Of a DNA stretch of 64,000 nt, positions 34,018-44,350 are shown in pieces; within the stretch, counting starts at the first letter, position 1, and every line of letters begins with the position of its first letter. Below the pieces are notes generated by a model. The model worked only from the letters and a program-made list of their open reading frames with translations. It was not told where the DNA came from and searched no databases. The stretch is from an uncultured Candidatus Rokubacteria bacterium. Its GTDB lineage: Bacteria > Methylomirabilota > Methylomirabilia > Rokubacteriales > DASRDR01. The DNA lies in contig CAWDVE010000017.1 of NCBI GenBank assembly GCA_963805625.1, positions 448,001 to 512,000 on the forward strand, given 5' to 3'. Both the position numbers and the translations under genes were made by a program.

Positions 34018-34187
34018 GGGGTCGTGTCCTGGCCGTTCATCTCCCGCAGGTACTCCGCAGCCAGCCGCTCGGCCAGGAAGAGCAGCCAGTCCGCCACGGG
34101 TGGCGCGTATGGTAGGAGCGCGACCCGGGCGCTGTCAACGCGGGAGGAGGGACGGAGTGGTCCGGCATGACTGGATGCTCCTGCCAT
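34014..34187 (-). CDS. Small protein coupled to the recombinase start
   Basis: GTGA overlap; helical WLLFLAERLAAEYLRE. Confidence 0.45.
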   Translation of the reverse strand: MAGASSHAGPLRPSSRVDSARVALLPYAPPVADWLLFLAERLAAEYLREMNGQDTTP

Positions 34188-34923
34188 GGGCCTCCGAGGC
34201 ACCGGCTCGCTCGGCGTCCCCGTCGAGGCTCGCGCAGGTTTCCGCAACCCTGCGCGACGGCCGCCTCCCAGCTTGGCCGGCCTGACGAGAGCTGTTCGGC
34301 CGTCTCTCACTCGACGGATCTGTTCCGCGCCTCGGTCCACGGTGTTCCCGGCGCCATCGCGATTGTCGGCCGGAGTCATCGAGTCGCGCCTCACCGCCAC
34401 CAGCCTGGGCAAGCTCTGGGCCAAGATAACGAGAGCCAGCTTCAACGGTCCTGAAGTCCACGACGGTGGACCTTTGCGGTAGCTGGCGCGGTTCGCGAAC
34501 CCGCCTTGCACGAGAGCTGGTTGCGCCTGCCTTGCCGATTCGATGTCGATTCCGGCGCCGTCGGCTGCGGGTCGGGGCGACGGTGAGGCTGCGAGGGCCG
34601 CCACAACGGCGATGCGGCCGCGCACGAGCCCGCAACGCTGAGCAACTGACATCGGACAGGACGTGCCCGAGGTCCAGCCCAGCCCGCCCGTGACCACGAA
34701 ACCGCGACGGACGGTCGCCTGCACGCAGCACCGATCCTCTGCGTTCCTCCAGAATCGACCACGAATCGACAACGGATCGGCCATGCGCCTGAGGACAGGC
34801 CCGGCTCACGCGCGCAGGGTCACAGGCCGGTCGACTCGAAGCGCGTGATTTCTCGACGCAATCGCGTCCCGGTCTCCGTCGATGCTCCGACTCGCACGTG
34901 TCTTGCCCTAGCTCCGCCGCGTC

Positions 34924-36150
34924 ATGAGCCAGCGAGACGACCAACACGGGCCGAGCGAGACCACCGTCGACGGTGGAGTGAACGCCACCGTCTCGAGCCG
35001 ATCGCGGACGTCGGAGCGCTCCGCCCTCTTCGACGGCGCGCTCGCCGGCGGTGCCGATCCATATCCTGTCTACGCGCGCCTCCGCGCCGACGACCCCGTC
35101 CACCGCACGCCGGGTCCTCACGCGCTACGCCGACGTGTCCGCGGTCCTCCGCGACCCGCGGTTCGGCCGCGAAGGATTCGAGCGGCACTTCCCGACCGAC
35201 GGCGGGGACGACGGGCAGCGCCGACGGTGCCCCGCGGCCGTCGAATCGGAGGCCGACCGTGGCGCGCGGCAATCGATGCTCTTCTGCGACCCGCCGCGGC
35301 ATACGCGGCTCCGCGACCTCATCGCCTATCCCTTCGCGCCGCCGCCCGTGGACATCCTCCGGCCGGGCATCCGGTCGCTCGTCAATCGACTGCTGGATCG
35401 CGTCGACGGGGCGGACCAGATCGACGTGGTCACGACCCTCGCGGAGCCGCTGGCGCGCGCCGTCATCGGCGACCTCCTCGGAATCCCCGAGGCGGACCGA
35501 GCGGCGGTCGCCATCTGGTCGGCCGCTCTGGCGCGGAGTCTGGACGCCCTCCCGATCCCCGAGGATCGGTCGCTCCTCGTCGCGGGCCAGGCGGCCCGGC
35601 GCGCCCTCGGCGACTACATGCGCGGTCTGGTCGGCGGCCCGACGCGCCGCACCGTCGGGGGACCTCATGGGCCTGCTGATCACCCTGGCCGACGACGACG
35701 GTCTTCTCAGCGATCGGGAGCTGGTCGCAATGGCCGTCCTGGTCGCGGTCGCGGGCACTGAGACCACCACGAGCCTCATCGGCACGACCGTCTGGGCGCT
35801 GCTGAGCCACCCCGAGGCGCTCGCCGGCGTCCGCGAGGCCCCGTGGCGCCTGCCGGCGGCGATCGAGGAGACCTTGCGGTGGGAGAGCCCGGTGCAGCGC
35901 ACCTGGCGGATCGCGAAGGCCGATGTCGAGCTGGCCGGCCAGCGAGTCCCGGCCGGCGCGCTCGTCGTTCTTCTGCTCGGCGGGGCGAACCGGGACCCGG
36001 CGCGCTTCCCCGGCCCGACCAATTCAACCTCGATCGGCGGGCTGCGGGCCACCTCGCCTTCAGCGCCGGCGTCCACGCCTGCCTGGGCGCTGCGCTCGCG
36101 CGCCTGGAGGCGCAAACGGCCATCGAGGCGCTCGTGCGTCGCTGGCCGAG
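34924..36150 (+). pseudogene. Cytochrome P450, multiple frameshifts, 3' truncated
   Basis: DPYPVYARLR, DPPRHTRLR, AGTETT, ETLR, FSAGVHACLG spread over different frames. Confidence 0.9.
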
Positions 36151-36281
36151 TCACTGGTCTTCGGCCAGGTGTCGAGCCCGCCGACGATCGCCGAATGCTT
36201 GGGCAGGTCGATCAGCGCGCCGGGCCCGTAGGTGGTGATGACCTGGCCACGGCGGATCTGCCCGTGTGCCTTGCGGCTCAC
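36150..36281 (-). pseudogene. drmB: N-terminal fragment of DISARM DrmB (DUF1998 protein)
   Basis: GQIRRGQVITTYGPGALIDLPKHSAIVGGLDTW. Confidence 0.65.
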
Positions 36282-36424
36282 TGGCCTACCCTCCCTCCGA
36301 AGGAGAGAAAGAGAGCTTTGGCGGGGGATACCGAGATAGGGGTCGGTCCGAGATCATCGAGCCTGGAGGGGCTGAGCGATCGTATTTCTTGGTACCGGGG
36401 CCGCCGACGACAGATCCTGACCGC

Positions 36425-36615
36425 GGTGACAGCCCCGGGGTTCGGGGAGAGCCACGTCGGCTTGCCATTCGACGGCCAGCATGAGACCCGCTCCCCCGAA
36501 TCAAACCCAGAGAGGCCCCGACCGGCCACAGGATGCAGCGCCAGGAGCTTGCGAGATCCAGAGCGCCAATCAGTGAGCGACCGGCAGGACCTCTCGACAC
36601 GCAGTGTCTCGCGGT
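36425..36615 (+). ncRNA. Putative IS110 bridge RNA (ends approximate)
   Basis: Two stem/internal-loop/hairpin units upstream of the IS110 ORF; loop 2 contains cacaggatg, identical to the element right end. Confidence 0.65.
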
Positions 36616-36631
36616 CCGAGGGAGGGACGCA

Positions 36632-37753
36632 ATGACCTTCTTCGTCGGTCTTGACTGGGCGTCCACCGCGCATGCGGTTTGCGTGCTCGACGACACCGGG
36701 ACGGTCCGCTGGCGCGGCTCGGTACCACACTCGGCCGAAGGCCTGGCCGAACTGGTCCGCCGGCTGCGTCAGTGCGGCCCGCCGGCCACCGTGCACGTCG
36801 CGATCGAATGTCCCTCGGGGGTCGTCATCGATACCCTGATGGACGCCGGCATCCAGGTCGTGCCGATTCACCCGAACGTGGTCAAGGCCAGTCGCGCCCG
36901 CTATTCCGCCGCCCACGCCAAGAGCGATGAGGGCGACAGCTATCTCCTGGCCGACTTGCTCCGCACCGACGGCCATCGCTTCCGGCCGCTGCGGCCGCTG
37001 GCCGATGAGACCCGCGCCTTGCGGGCGCTGGTGCGGGGCCGCGATGACCTCGTCGGCCAGCGGGTCAATTCCCCGATCGCACTGGCCTTCCTGGCCCGCT
37101 ACCCGACGCCCCAAAGCGCCGAGCGCGTAGGCGAGCGCCGCCTGGTCCAGTTCCTCCGCCGCCACGCCTACTGCGGACGCCGCCCCGCCGCCGAACTGCT
37201 CGGCCGCTTGCGCAGGGCCCCGGTCGGCCGGGCGGGGGAGGCGGAGTGTGACGCCAGTGGCGACCTTGTCCGCAGCGTGGTGGCCGTCCTGGTCCCCCCT
37301 CGTCGCCCAGATCCAGCAACTCTCGGCGGCGATCGCCGCCGCCCTGGCCCCGCTGATCCAGAGCCTGCCGCGCAGTGGGCAGGTCAATGCGGCCCAGCCT
37401 CCTCGCCGAACTCGGCGATGACCGCGCCCGTTTCCCCACCGCGGAACAGCTGTCCGCTGAGGCCGGGGCCGCCCCCGTCACCCGCGCGTCCGGGAGGCAC
37501 CGGACCGTCGTCTTCCGCTGGGCGTGCAACAAGCGCCTCCGCCAAGCCGTCACGACACTCGCCGATAACTCGCGGCATGCCTCGCCGTGGGCGGCCGCCG
37601 TTTACGCCCGCGCCCGCGCGCGCGGCTGCGATCATCCCCACGCCATCCGGATCCTGGCCCCTTGCCTGGCTGCGCGTCATCTGGCGGTGCTGGCAAGATC
37701 GCCAGCCCTACGACGTCACGCGCCATCGGGCCGCGACTCTCTCCACCGCCTGA
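36632..37753 (+). pseudogene. IS110 family transposase (internal deletion and frameshifts)
   Basis: FVGLDWA, VAIE, KSDEGDS, AGAAPVTRASG, RWACNKRLR; TTGACA at right end 37765. Confidence 0.9.
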
Positions 37754-37776
37754 CGTAGGGAGGGTTGACACAGGAT

Positions 37777-38088
37777 GTCCGCACGGCGCAGGCCAAGGGG
37801 CTCAGTGGCGCGCGCATCGTCGCAGTGCACGCCCTCAGGAATGCCGGCAACGCGATTCTGACGGTGCTCGGCTGGGAGCTGATCCGCATGCTGGCCGGCT
37901 ACTCGGTCGTGGTCGAGACCGTGTTTGCCTGGCCCGGCATCGGTTTCCTCGCCGTGCAGTCGATCGAGCGGCAAGATTTGGTGTTGCTGCAGGCTGTCGT
38001 GTTCACGGTGGCCGCCATGGTGGTGACGATCAATCTGGTGATCGACCTCGCGTATCGCGCCATCGATCCGCGCATTACGACCGGTTGA
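37777..38088 (+). pseudogene. 5'-truncated peptide ABC permease (DppB-like)
   Basis: VRTAQAKGLS, HALRNA, VETVFAWPGIG, IDPRI. Confidence 0.85.
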
Positions 38089-38147
38089 GCGGTGCGGGAG
38101 GCGGCACATCCGGGCCTCGATGGCGCGTCGGGCGGGCCGCCTGCGCG

Positions 38148-39044
38148 ATGGCGGCCGTTCGGCGGCGGTTGTGGCGCGACAAGGCGGGGCTGTTCGGGCT
38201 GCTGGTCTTGCTGGCGCTGACCGGAGTGGGCTTGTTGGGTCCGCTGCTGAGCCCGCACGACCCCGGCGCGATGAACCTCGCCGAGCGGCTGCGGCCGCTC
38301 ACCTGGCTGCCGGGCGGCGGGCCGGCCCATCCCCTGGGCACCGATCAACTCGGCCGCGACGTGCTGTCGCGCATCTTGCACGGTGGGCGCGTATCGCTCA
38401 CGGTCGGCGTGACCGTGGTGTTCGCGACCGGCTTGATCGGCTGCGCGCTCGGGCTGGCCGCCGGCTATTTTCGTGGCCGCGTCGATGCGCTGGTGAGCGG
38501 ACTCGCCGACATTCAGGTGGCGTTTCCCGGATTGCTGCTGGCTCTGGTGGTCCTGGCCGTGATCGGCCCGAGCCCCGGCGGCGTCATCGTCGTGCTCATC
38601 ATCAACGGTTGGATGGCGTTCGCCCGGCTGGCGCGCGCGATGACGCTGTCGCTGCGCGAGCGCGCCTTCGTCGAGGGCGCGATCATCCTCGGTTGCCGGC
38701 CAGCCCGCGTGGTCTTCCGCCACATCCTGCCCAATCTAGCCTCGCCAATGTTCACGCTCGCCGTGCTCGAGTTCGCGCGCGTCATATTGGCCGAGGCGGC
38801 GCTGTCTTACCTGGGCGTGGGCGTGCAGCCGCCAACCGCCTCGTGGGGCCTCGATGTGGCGGAAGGCAAGAGCTACATCTTTCGCGGCTGGTGGCTGGTC
38901 ACCTTTCCCGGCTTGGCGCTCGCCGTCACCGTGCTTGGCGTCAACTTGTTCGCGGGCTGGTTGCAGCTGGTCACGAATCCCCATGAACGCGAGAAGCTGC
39001 TAGCCCAATCACAGACGGCCGGCGGCGCCAGCTCGGGCGCCTGA
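38148..39044 (+). CDS. Peptide ABC permease (DppC-like)
   Basis: HPLGTDQLGRDVLSR, RHILPN, EAALSYLGVG. Confidence 0.92.
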   Translation: MAAVRRRLWRDKAGLFGLLVLLALTGVGLLGPLLSPHDPGAMNLAERLRPLTWLPGGGPAHPLGTDQLGRDVLSRILHGGRVSLTVGVTVVFATGLIGCALGLAAGYFRGRVDALVSGLADIQVAFPGLLLALVVLAVIGPSPGGVIVVLIINGWMAFARLARAMTLSLRERAFVEGAIILGCRPARVVFRHILPNLASPMFTLAVLEFARVILAEAALSYLGVGVQPPTASWGLDVAEGKSYIFRGWWLVTFPGLALAVTVLGVNLFAGWLQLVTNPHEREKLLAQSQTAGGASSGA

Positions 39045-39149
39045 CCAGGGGCCGATGGGCTCGTGGAGATCGAGGCGCCGCGGGTCGAATTCGCGACGGG
39101 AGCCGGAGCCCCTGACGGCCGGGTCGAGCTCGTAGGCCTTGTAGACGAC

Positions 39150-39590
39150 TCGGAGCACGCGGGCCGCTCTCCAGCGAGCGCGCGGCGCGAGTAGGCCGAT
39201 ACGCACCAACGGCCGGCGGGGCGGGGGGGCGAAGGCGGCGAGCCACTCCAGCAACTCCAGGGGCTCCAGGAAGAGCGCAGTGGAGCCATCGTGCCAGGGA
39301 CGCCAGTGGTACAGCAGGCGCCCGCCCGTGCTCTCCGTCAGCCGATCGAGTGCCAGCGGCGGGCGCACGAGGTAGCGCACCAGGCGCTCCAGCTGATCCC
39401 GCCGGCGCGCCGGCACCGTGACATCCGCATGCAGGCTGAACCCCTCAAGCCGGGCCGCGCGCCGCCCCGTCGTCGTCGGGTCGGCCGCCGACCGGAGGCG
39501 ACGCACCAGCTGCTCGGCGCGCGGGCCCCGTGCGCCTCGGCCTTGCAGCGAGGCGGCGACGGTCTGCGCGAACAGCGGCCCCGAACCGAG
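39150..39590 (-). pseudogene. IS91-family (Y2) transposase fragment
   Basis: GFSLHA...LERLVRYLVRPPLALDRL...LEPLELL. Confidence 0.75.
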
Positions 39591-39602
39591 GGTTAGTGGC
39601 CG

Positions 39603-40112
39603 TTACAGGACCTCCACGCGAGTCCGAGCGAAGTTGCGCGACGCGAGGAGCAGGCGGCCGCTAAACGCGTACATGAGGAGCTCCACGACGTGGCGCGCGC
39701 GGTGCTGGTCCACCGACGCGGGGTCGTGCGCCACCTGCAGGTCGAGGCGCGCCGGCGGCTCGACGGCGCGCGGCATCTCGAACATGACCGTTGCGCCGCA
39801 CTCGGGACACTGGGCCGCCGCGTGGCCCGTCGCCTCGTACACGTCGAACCCGTCGCCGTGGAGCGCGAGCCGGTAGGCCGGCCGGGGCGTCTGGTCGCCG
39901 GGCACGCCGCGCCGCTCGCTCATGCGGAGGTCGGCGCCACGCGGTTCCTGGCGCTGCCGGCGCTCCCCCTGCCGCCGGTCCGTCAGCACGTCCACCCACG
40001 GAGCGAGCCGGTAGCGCCACGCGAGCTCATCCAGAAGACCCGGCCGGTCCGGGCGCGTCACCACCACCCAGCGGGGCGACGCTAGGTCAGGGCTCTTCGT
40101 TGAACCCAGCAT
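39603..40112 (-). CDS. Hypothetical protein (DRRxxERR + CPEC), paralog of 53327-53836
   Basis: Aligns end-to-end with the second copy. Confidence 0.85.
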   Translation of the reverse strand: MLGSTKSPDLASPRWVVVTRPDRPGLLDELAWRYRLAPWVDVLTDRRQGERRQRQEPRGADLRMSERRGVPGDQTPRPAYRLALHGDGFDVYEATGHAAAQCPECGATVMFEMPRAVEPPARLDLQVAHDPASVDQHRARHVVELLMYAFSGRLLLASRNFARTRVEVL

Positions 40113-40238
40113 CGCCACGGCCGACCATGAGCGCCTTTGTCCCCATCATTCGCCCACCGCTCCGGGATCGAAAAAGAGCGACTGGCCACCTGCTGCTAGG
40201 CGCCACCGGGGATGCCCGGTGGCGCCGCCTTCGGCCCC

Positions 40239-43200
40239 TTACTTCGTGAAGCTGAACAGGGCGACGTGCTCCGAGCCGTCGGCCAGCTTCACGACGAGCC
40301 GCCGGCAAGTTCCGCCCCAGCTCTTGTCAGTCTTCCAGACGTAGTGGTACTGGTCGGAACCCGGATCGTACGTCAGTCCGCTGGCACCGGGCGTGTCGAC
40401 CACCTCGATGTCATCGACGGCGCCATTACATCCAGTCGAGTAGGAAATCGGGTAGCCGGCCATGAAGATGCCCATCCCTTGGTACCCGCTCAGACTGAAC
40501 TTGATGGGGATGGCTTGTCCGGCCTTCACCCGATTCTCGGTCGGAAAGTTGTCGATCGGATGGAAGAACCCGGTGAAGTTGTAGCCGGTCACCGTGAACG
40601 TCCGGTCCTCGTTGGGCGCCGGATTGTAGTTCGCGTTGCCGAGCTGGGACGCTCGGATCGTACAATAGCCGGCCAGGAGCACATCAACTGTGGTGCCGCT
40701 GACCGTGCAAACGGGCGTTGTCAAGCTGGTGAAGCCGACCGTTAGTCCAGAGGAAGCGGTCGCGCTGATCACGAAGTTCGGGTCAAGGAAATACTTGTCC
40801 GCCAGCGCCCCAAACGTGATCGTCTGATCCGCCTTCTGCGCCGTCGTGTCGCTCGTCTTCTCAGGCGCCGCGTTGTAGTTCCCGTTCCCCGCCTGGTTGT
40901 AGTGCACCGTGCAGGTGCCCATCCCGCTCGTCATCTTGATGACGGCCGAGTTGCTCCCACCCGAGTCCACCGAGCACACCCCGGTCGCCGTGATCACCAC
41001 CGCGTTCCCGGACCCGCCCCCCGTCGCCGCCACGTTGAACGTGGTGTTGTACACCGCCGTCCCCGGCGCCGCCGTCGTCACCGTGATCGTCTGGTCTGCC
41101 TTCTGCGCCGTCGTGTCGCTCGTCTTCTCGGGCGCCGCGTTGTAGTTCCCGTTCCCCGCCTGGTTGTAGTGCACCGTGCAGGTGCCCATCCCGCTCGTCA
41201 TCTTGATGACGGCCGAGTTGCTCCCACCCGAGTCCACCGAGCACACCCCGGTCGCCGTGATCACCACCGCGTTCCCGGACCCGCCCCCCGTCGCCGCCAC
41301 GTTGAACGTGGTGTTGTACACCGCCGTCCCCGGCGCCGCCGCCGTCACCGTGATCGTCTGGTCTGCCTTCTGCGCCGTCGTGTCGCTCGTCTTCTCGGGC
41401 GCCGCGTTGTAGTTCGCGTCCCCCGCCTGGTTGTAGTGCACCGTGCAGGTGCCCGTCCCGCTCGTCATCTTGATGACGGCCGAATTGCTCCCACCCGAGT
41501 CCACCGAGCACACCCCCGTGGTCGTGATGGCCACGGAGAGGCTCGAGGAGGCCGTCGCCGCCACGTTGAACGTGGTGTTGTACACCGCCGTCCCCGGCGC
41601 CGCCGTCGTCACCGTGATCGTCTGATCCGCCTTCTGCGCCGTCGTGTCGCTCGTCTTCTCAGGCGCCGCGTTGTAGTTCCCGTTCCCCGCCTGGTTGTAG
41701 TGCACCGTGCAGGTGCCCGTCCCGCTCGTCATCTTGATGACGGCCGAGTTGCTCCCACCCGAGTCCACCGAGCACACCCCGGTCGCCGTGATCACCACCG
41801 CGTTCCCGGACCCGCCCCCCGTCGCCGCCACGTTGAACGTGGTGTTGTACACCGCCGTCCCCGGCGCCGCCGTCGTCACCGTGATCGTCTGGTCTGCCTT
41901 CTGCGCCGTCGTGTCGCTCGTCTTCTCGGGCGCCGCGTTGTAGTTCGCGTCCCCCGCCTGGTTGTAGTGCACCGTGCAGGTCCCGGCCCCGCTCGTCATC
42001 TTGATGACGGCCGAGTTGCTCCCACCCGAGTCCACCGAGCACACCCCGGTCGCCGTGATCACCACCGCGTTCCCGGACCCGCCCCCCGTCGCCGCCACGT
42101 TGAACGTGGTGTTGTACACCGCCGTCCCCGGCGCCGCCGTCGTCACCGTGATCGTCTGGTCTGCCTTCTGCGCCGTCGTGTCGCTCGTCTTCTCGGGCGC
42201 CGCGTTGTAGTTCGCGTCCCCCGCCTGGTTGTAGTGCACCGTGCAGGTCCCGGCCCCGCTCGTCATCTTGATGACGGCCGAGTTGCTCCCACCCGAGTCC
42301 ACCGAGCACACCCCCGTGGTCGTGATGGCCACGGAGAGGCTCGAGGAGGCCGTCGCCGCCACGTTGAACGTGGTGTTGTACACCGCCGTCCCCGGCGCCG
42401 CCGTCGTCACCGTGATCGTCTGATCCGCCTTCTGCACATTGAACGAAGCGCTGTTCCCTGGCGTGAAACTGCCACTACTCGCAGTCAGCACCACGCCGTT
42501 TTCGGCCTTTGAATACGTGACGCCCGAAATCGTTACAGAGTTGGTCCCGGCAAGGATCGTCCCTGTCACCGTCCCACCGAGTGTTCCAGTTCCCGTATTA
42601 ACGGACAGCGTTACGTTCGTATTCACTGAGACATTGGTCGGGCTCGATGCGCTGTTCTGCGACTGAACCACAACCGAAAACGGCGTGCCGAAGGTCGGAT
42701 TTGCGCCGCCGTTCACGGAAGTGATGGCGAGCTTGAGGGCGTTGAACGTGACTGTAACAGTTACAGCGTTGTTAACATTGGTCCCCACACAGGGGTTCGT
42801 TGTAACGATACCTGCTCCACACACACCGCCCGAACCACCGAAGCTCCAATTGACAAACGACGAGCTGCCATTCGGTGTCGCTGTCAATGTATAGTTCGGG
42901 TTACCGGAGGCCGTCGTAATTGAGATGGACGAGCAAGTCGCCGTGATCTTTGCGGTCGCAGTCCCAGAGCCGGTTCCAGAACATCCTCCTAGATTGACGA
43001 TGTCTGCAGGGGCCTTCGTCGCCTTAATTTCGACCTCACCGGCACCCGTACCGCCAAATGTGACAGCCAGTGTCCTGGTGTTCGCCGCCCGGTACGGCCC
43101 GACGAATGGTCCGCCGTCGCCGATCGGGTCGGCGCCCGCGGGCTGGATCTCGTCCGTGCCAGTGTCCTCGAGCGCGCGGGCCATGTTGACGCGGCCGTTG

Positions 43201-44318
43201 CCGGTCTGGTCCTGCGTGCCGGCCGGGTCGGCGGTGCGCGCCATGCGGCCCACGATCATCCCGTTGGTCAGCGTGGGGTCGACGGCCTTCAGGAACGCGG
43301 CCACGCCGGCGACGATCGCCGCCGAGGAGGACGTCCCGCTGACCGCCACGTAGTCGCCGTTGAGATCCGTCGTCGCGATGCTCTCGCCGGGCGCCGCAAG
43401 AAAGGCCGCCTTCCCGTAGTTGCTGTAACCGAGCAGTGCGTCGGCCTGGTCGGTCCCCGAGACGCCGATGACGCCGCGGTCGCCAGCCGGGAAGGTGGGC
43501 GTGCCGGCAGCGTCGTTGCCGACGGCGGCCACCAGCACGGCGCCGCGCGACCACGCGTAGTCGATCGCGTCCTGGAGGTTCGGGCTGAAGCCGGGGTTGC
43601 TGAAGGCCATCAGGATGACGTCGGCCCCGTGGTCGGCGGCCCAGATGACGCCTGCGATGACATCGCTGTCGCGCCCCTCACCGTTCGCGTCGAGGACGGT
43701 CACGGGCATCAGCTGCACACCGGCGAACGCGATGCCCGCGATGCCGATGGCGTTGTCGGTGTTAGCGGCAACAATGCCGGCCACCCACGTGCCGTGCCCG
43801 TTGGAGTCGCTCAGCCCGTTGCTGCCGTCGAGGATGGACGTTCCAGGCACCACGCGGCCAGCGAGATCAGGGTGGGCGGCGTTGATGCCGCTGTCGAGGA
43901 TCGCGACCTTGGCCGTCCCGGTCGGGGCCACCGTGCCGAAAACGAGGTCCCAGCCGATCTGCGGAAGCGCCCACTGGGAGACGGCATGCTCATCGTTCGA
44001 GAGCATCTCGCTCCGGCGGACGCGGTTCTCCTCCACGTGCTGGACCTGGGGATCCGCCTCGTAGCGCGCGGTCGTGTCCGCGAGCTCGACGGTTGGCACC
44101 TGGACGACATGGAGGCGGAGCGCCGCGATCGCGCTGGTCTCGGTCCCGCCGTTGCGGGCGATGACCGCCGCCTGCTCCTCCGCGGTGAGCCCGGACACGA
44201 GCTTCACCAGGAGCGACGACGTCTCCGGTGGTGGTGTCTGAGCCGAGGCGCCCGATGGCAGGAGTCCCAGGCTCAGGACGGCGAGGGTGATCAGCACGAA
44301 CGCGGCGCGCTTCAGCAT
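40239..44318 (-). CDS. Secreted S8 subtilase with Cys-paired Ig-like repeats and C-terminal PxKF domain
   Basis: Signal peptide, ILDSG, NGHGT, SGTSSS; C-terminal GFFHPIDN...AGQAIPIKFSL...YVWKT. Confidence 0.92.
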   Translation of the reverse strand: MLKRAAFVLITLAVLSLGLLPSGASAQTPPPETSSLLVKLVSGLTAEEQAAVIARNGGTETSAIAALRLHVVQVPTVELADTTARYEADPQVQHVEENRVRRSEMLSNDEHAVSQWALPQIGWDLVFGTVAPTGTAKVAILDSGINAAHPDLAGRVVPGTSILDGSNGLSDSNGHGTWVAGIVAANTDNAIGIAGIAFAGVQLMPVTVLDANGEGRDSDVIAGVIWAADHGADVILMAFSNPGFSPNLQDAIDYAWSRGAVLVAAVGNDAAGTPTFPAGDRGVIGVSGTDQADALLGYSNYGKAAFLAAPGESIATTDLNGDYVAVSGTSSSAAIVAGVAAFLKAVDPTLTNGMIVGRMARTADPAGTQDQTGNGRVNMARALEDTGTDEIQPAGADPIGDGGPFVGPYRAANTRTLAVTFGGTGAGEVEIKATKAPADIVNLGGCSGTGSGTATAKITATCSSISITTASGNPNYTLTATPNGSSSFVNWSFGGSGGVCGAGIVTTNPCVGTNVNNAVTVTVTFNALKLAITSVNGGANPTFGTPFSVVVQSQNSASSPTNVSVNTNVTLSVNTGTGTLGGTVTGTILAGTNSVTISGVTYSKAENGVVLTASSGSFTPGNSASFNVQKADQTITVTTAAPGTAVYNTTFNVAATASSSLSVAITTTGVCSVDSGGSNSAVIKMTSGAGTCTVHYNQAGDANYNAAPEKTSDTTAQKADQTITVTTAAPGTAVYNTTFNVAATGGGSGNAVVITATGVCSVDSGGSNSAVIKMTSGAGTCTVHYNQAGDANYNAAPEKTSDTTAQKADQTITVTTAAPGTAVYNTTFNVAATGGGSGNAVVITATGVCSVDSGGSNSAVIKMTSGTGTCTVHYNQAGNGNYNAAPEKTSDTTAQKADQTITVTTAAPGTAVYNTTFNVAATASSSLSVAITTTGVCSVDSGGSNSAVIKMTSGTGTCTVHYNQAGDANYNAAPEKTSDTTAQKADQTITVTAAAPGTAVYNTTFNVAATGGGSGNAVVITATGVCSVDSGGSNSAVIKMTSGMGTCTVHYNQAGNGNYNAAPEKTSDTTAQKADQTITVTTAAPGTAVYNTTFNVAATGGGSGNAVVITATGVCSVDSGGSNSAVIKMTSGMGTCTVHYNQAGNGNYNAAPEKTSDTTAQKADQTITFGALADKYFLDPNFVISATASSGLTVGFTSLTTPVCTVSGTTVDVLLAGYCTIRASQLGNANYNPAPNEDRTFTVTGYNFTGFFHPIDNFPTENRVKAGQAIPIKFSLSGYQGMGIFMAGYPISYSTGCNGAVDDIEVVDTPGASGLTYDPGSDQYHYVWKTDKSWGGTCRRLVVKLADGSEHVALFSFTK
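40815..42437 (-). repeat. Six 264/267-bp intragenic repeats in ABB-ABB order
   Basis: QKADQTITVTTAAPG...AAPEKTSDTTA units; higher-order period 798 bp. Confidence 0.95.
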
Positions 44319-44350
44319 GACGGGACCTCCAGGTGAAGTTGATTCACGAC

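Noticed and set aside
40815-42437. Repeat arrays as CRISPR or ncRNA arrays
   Set aside because: In-frame protein domain repeats without unique spacers; no cas genes seen in the window
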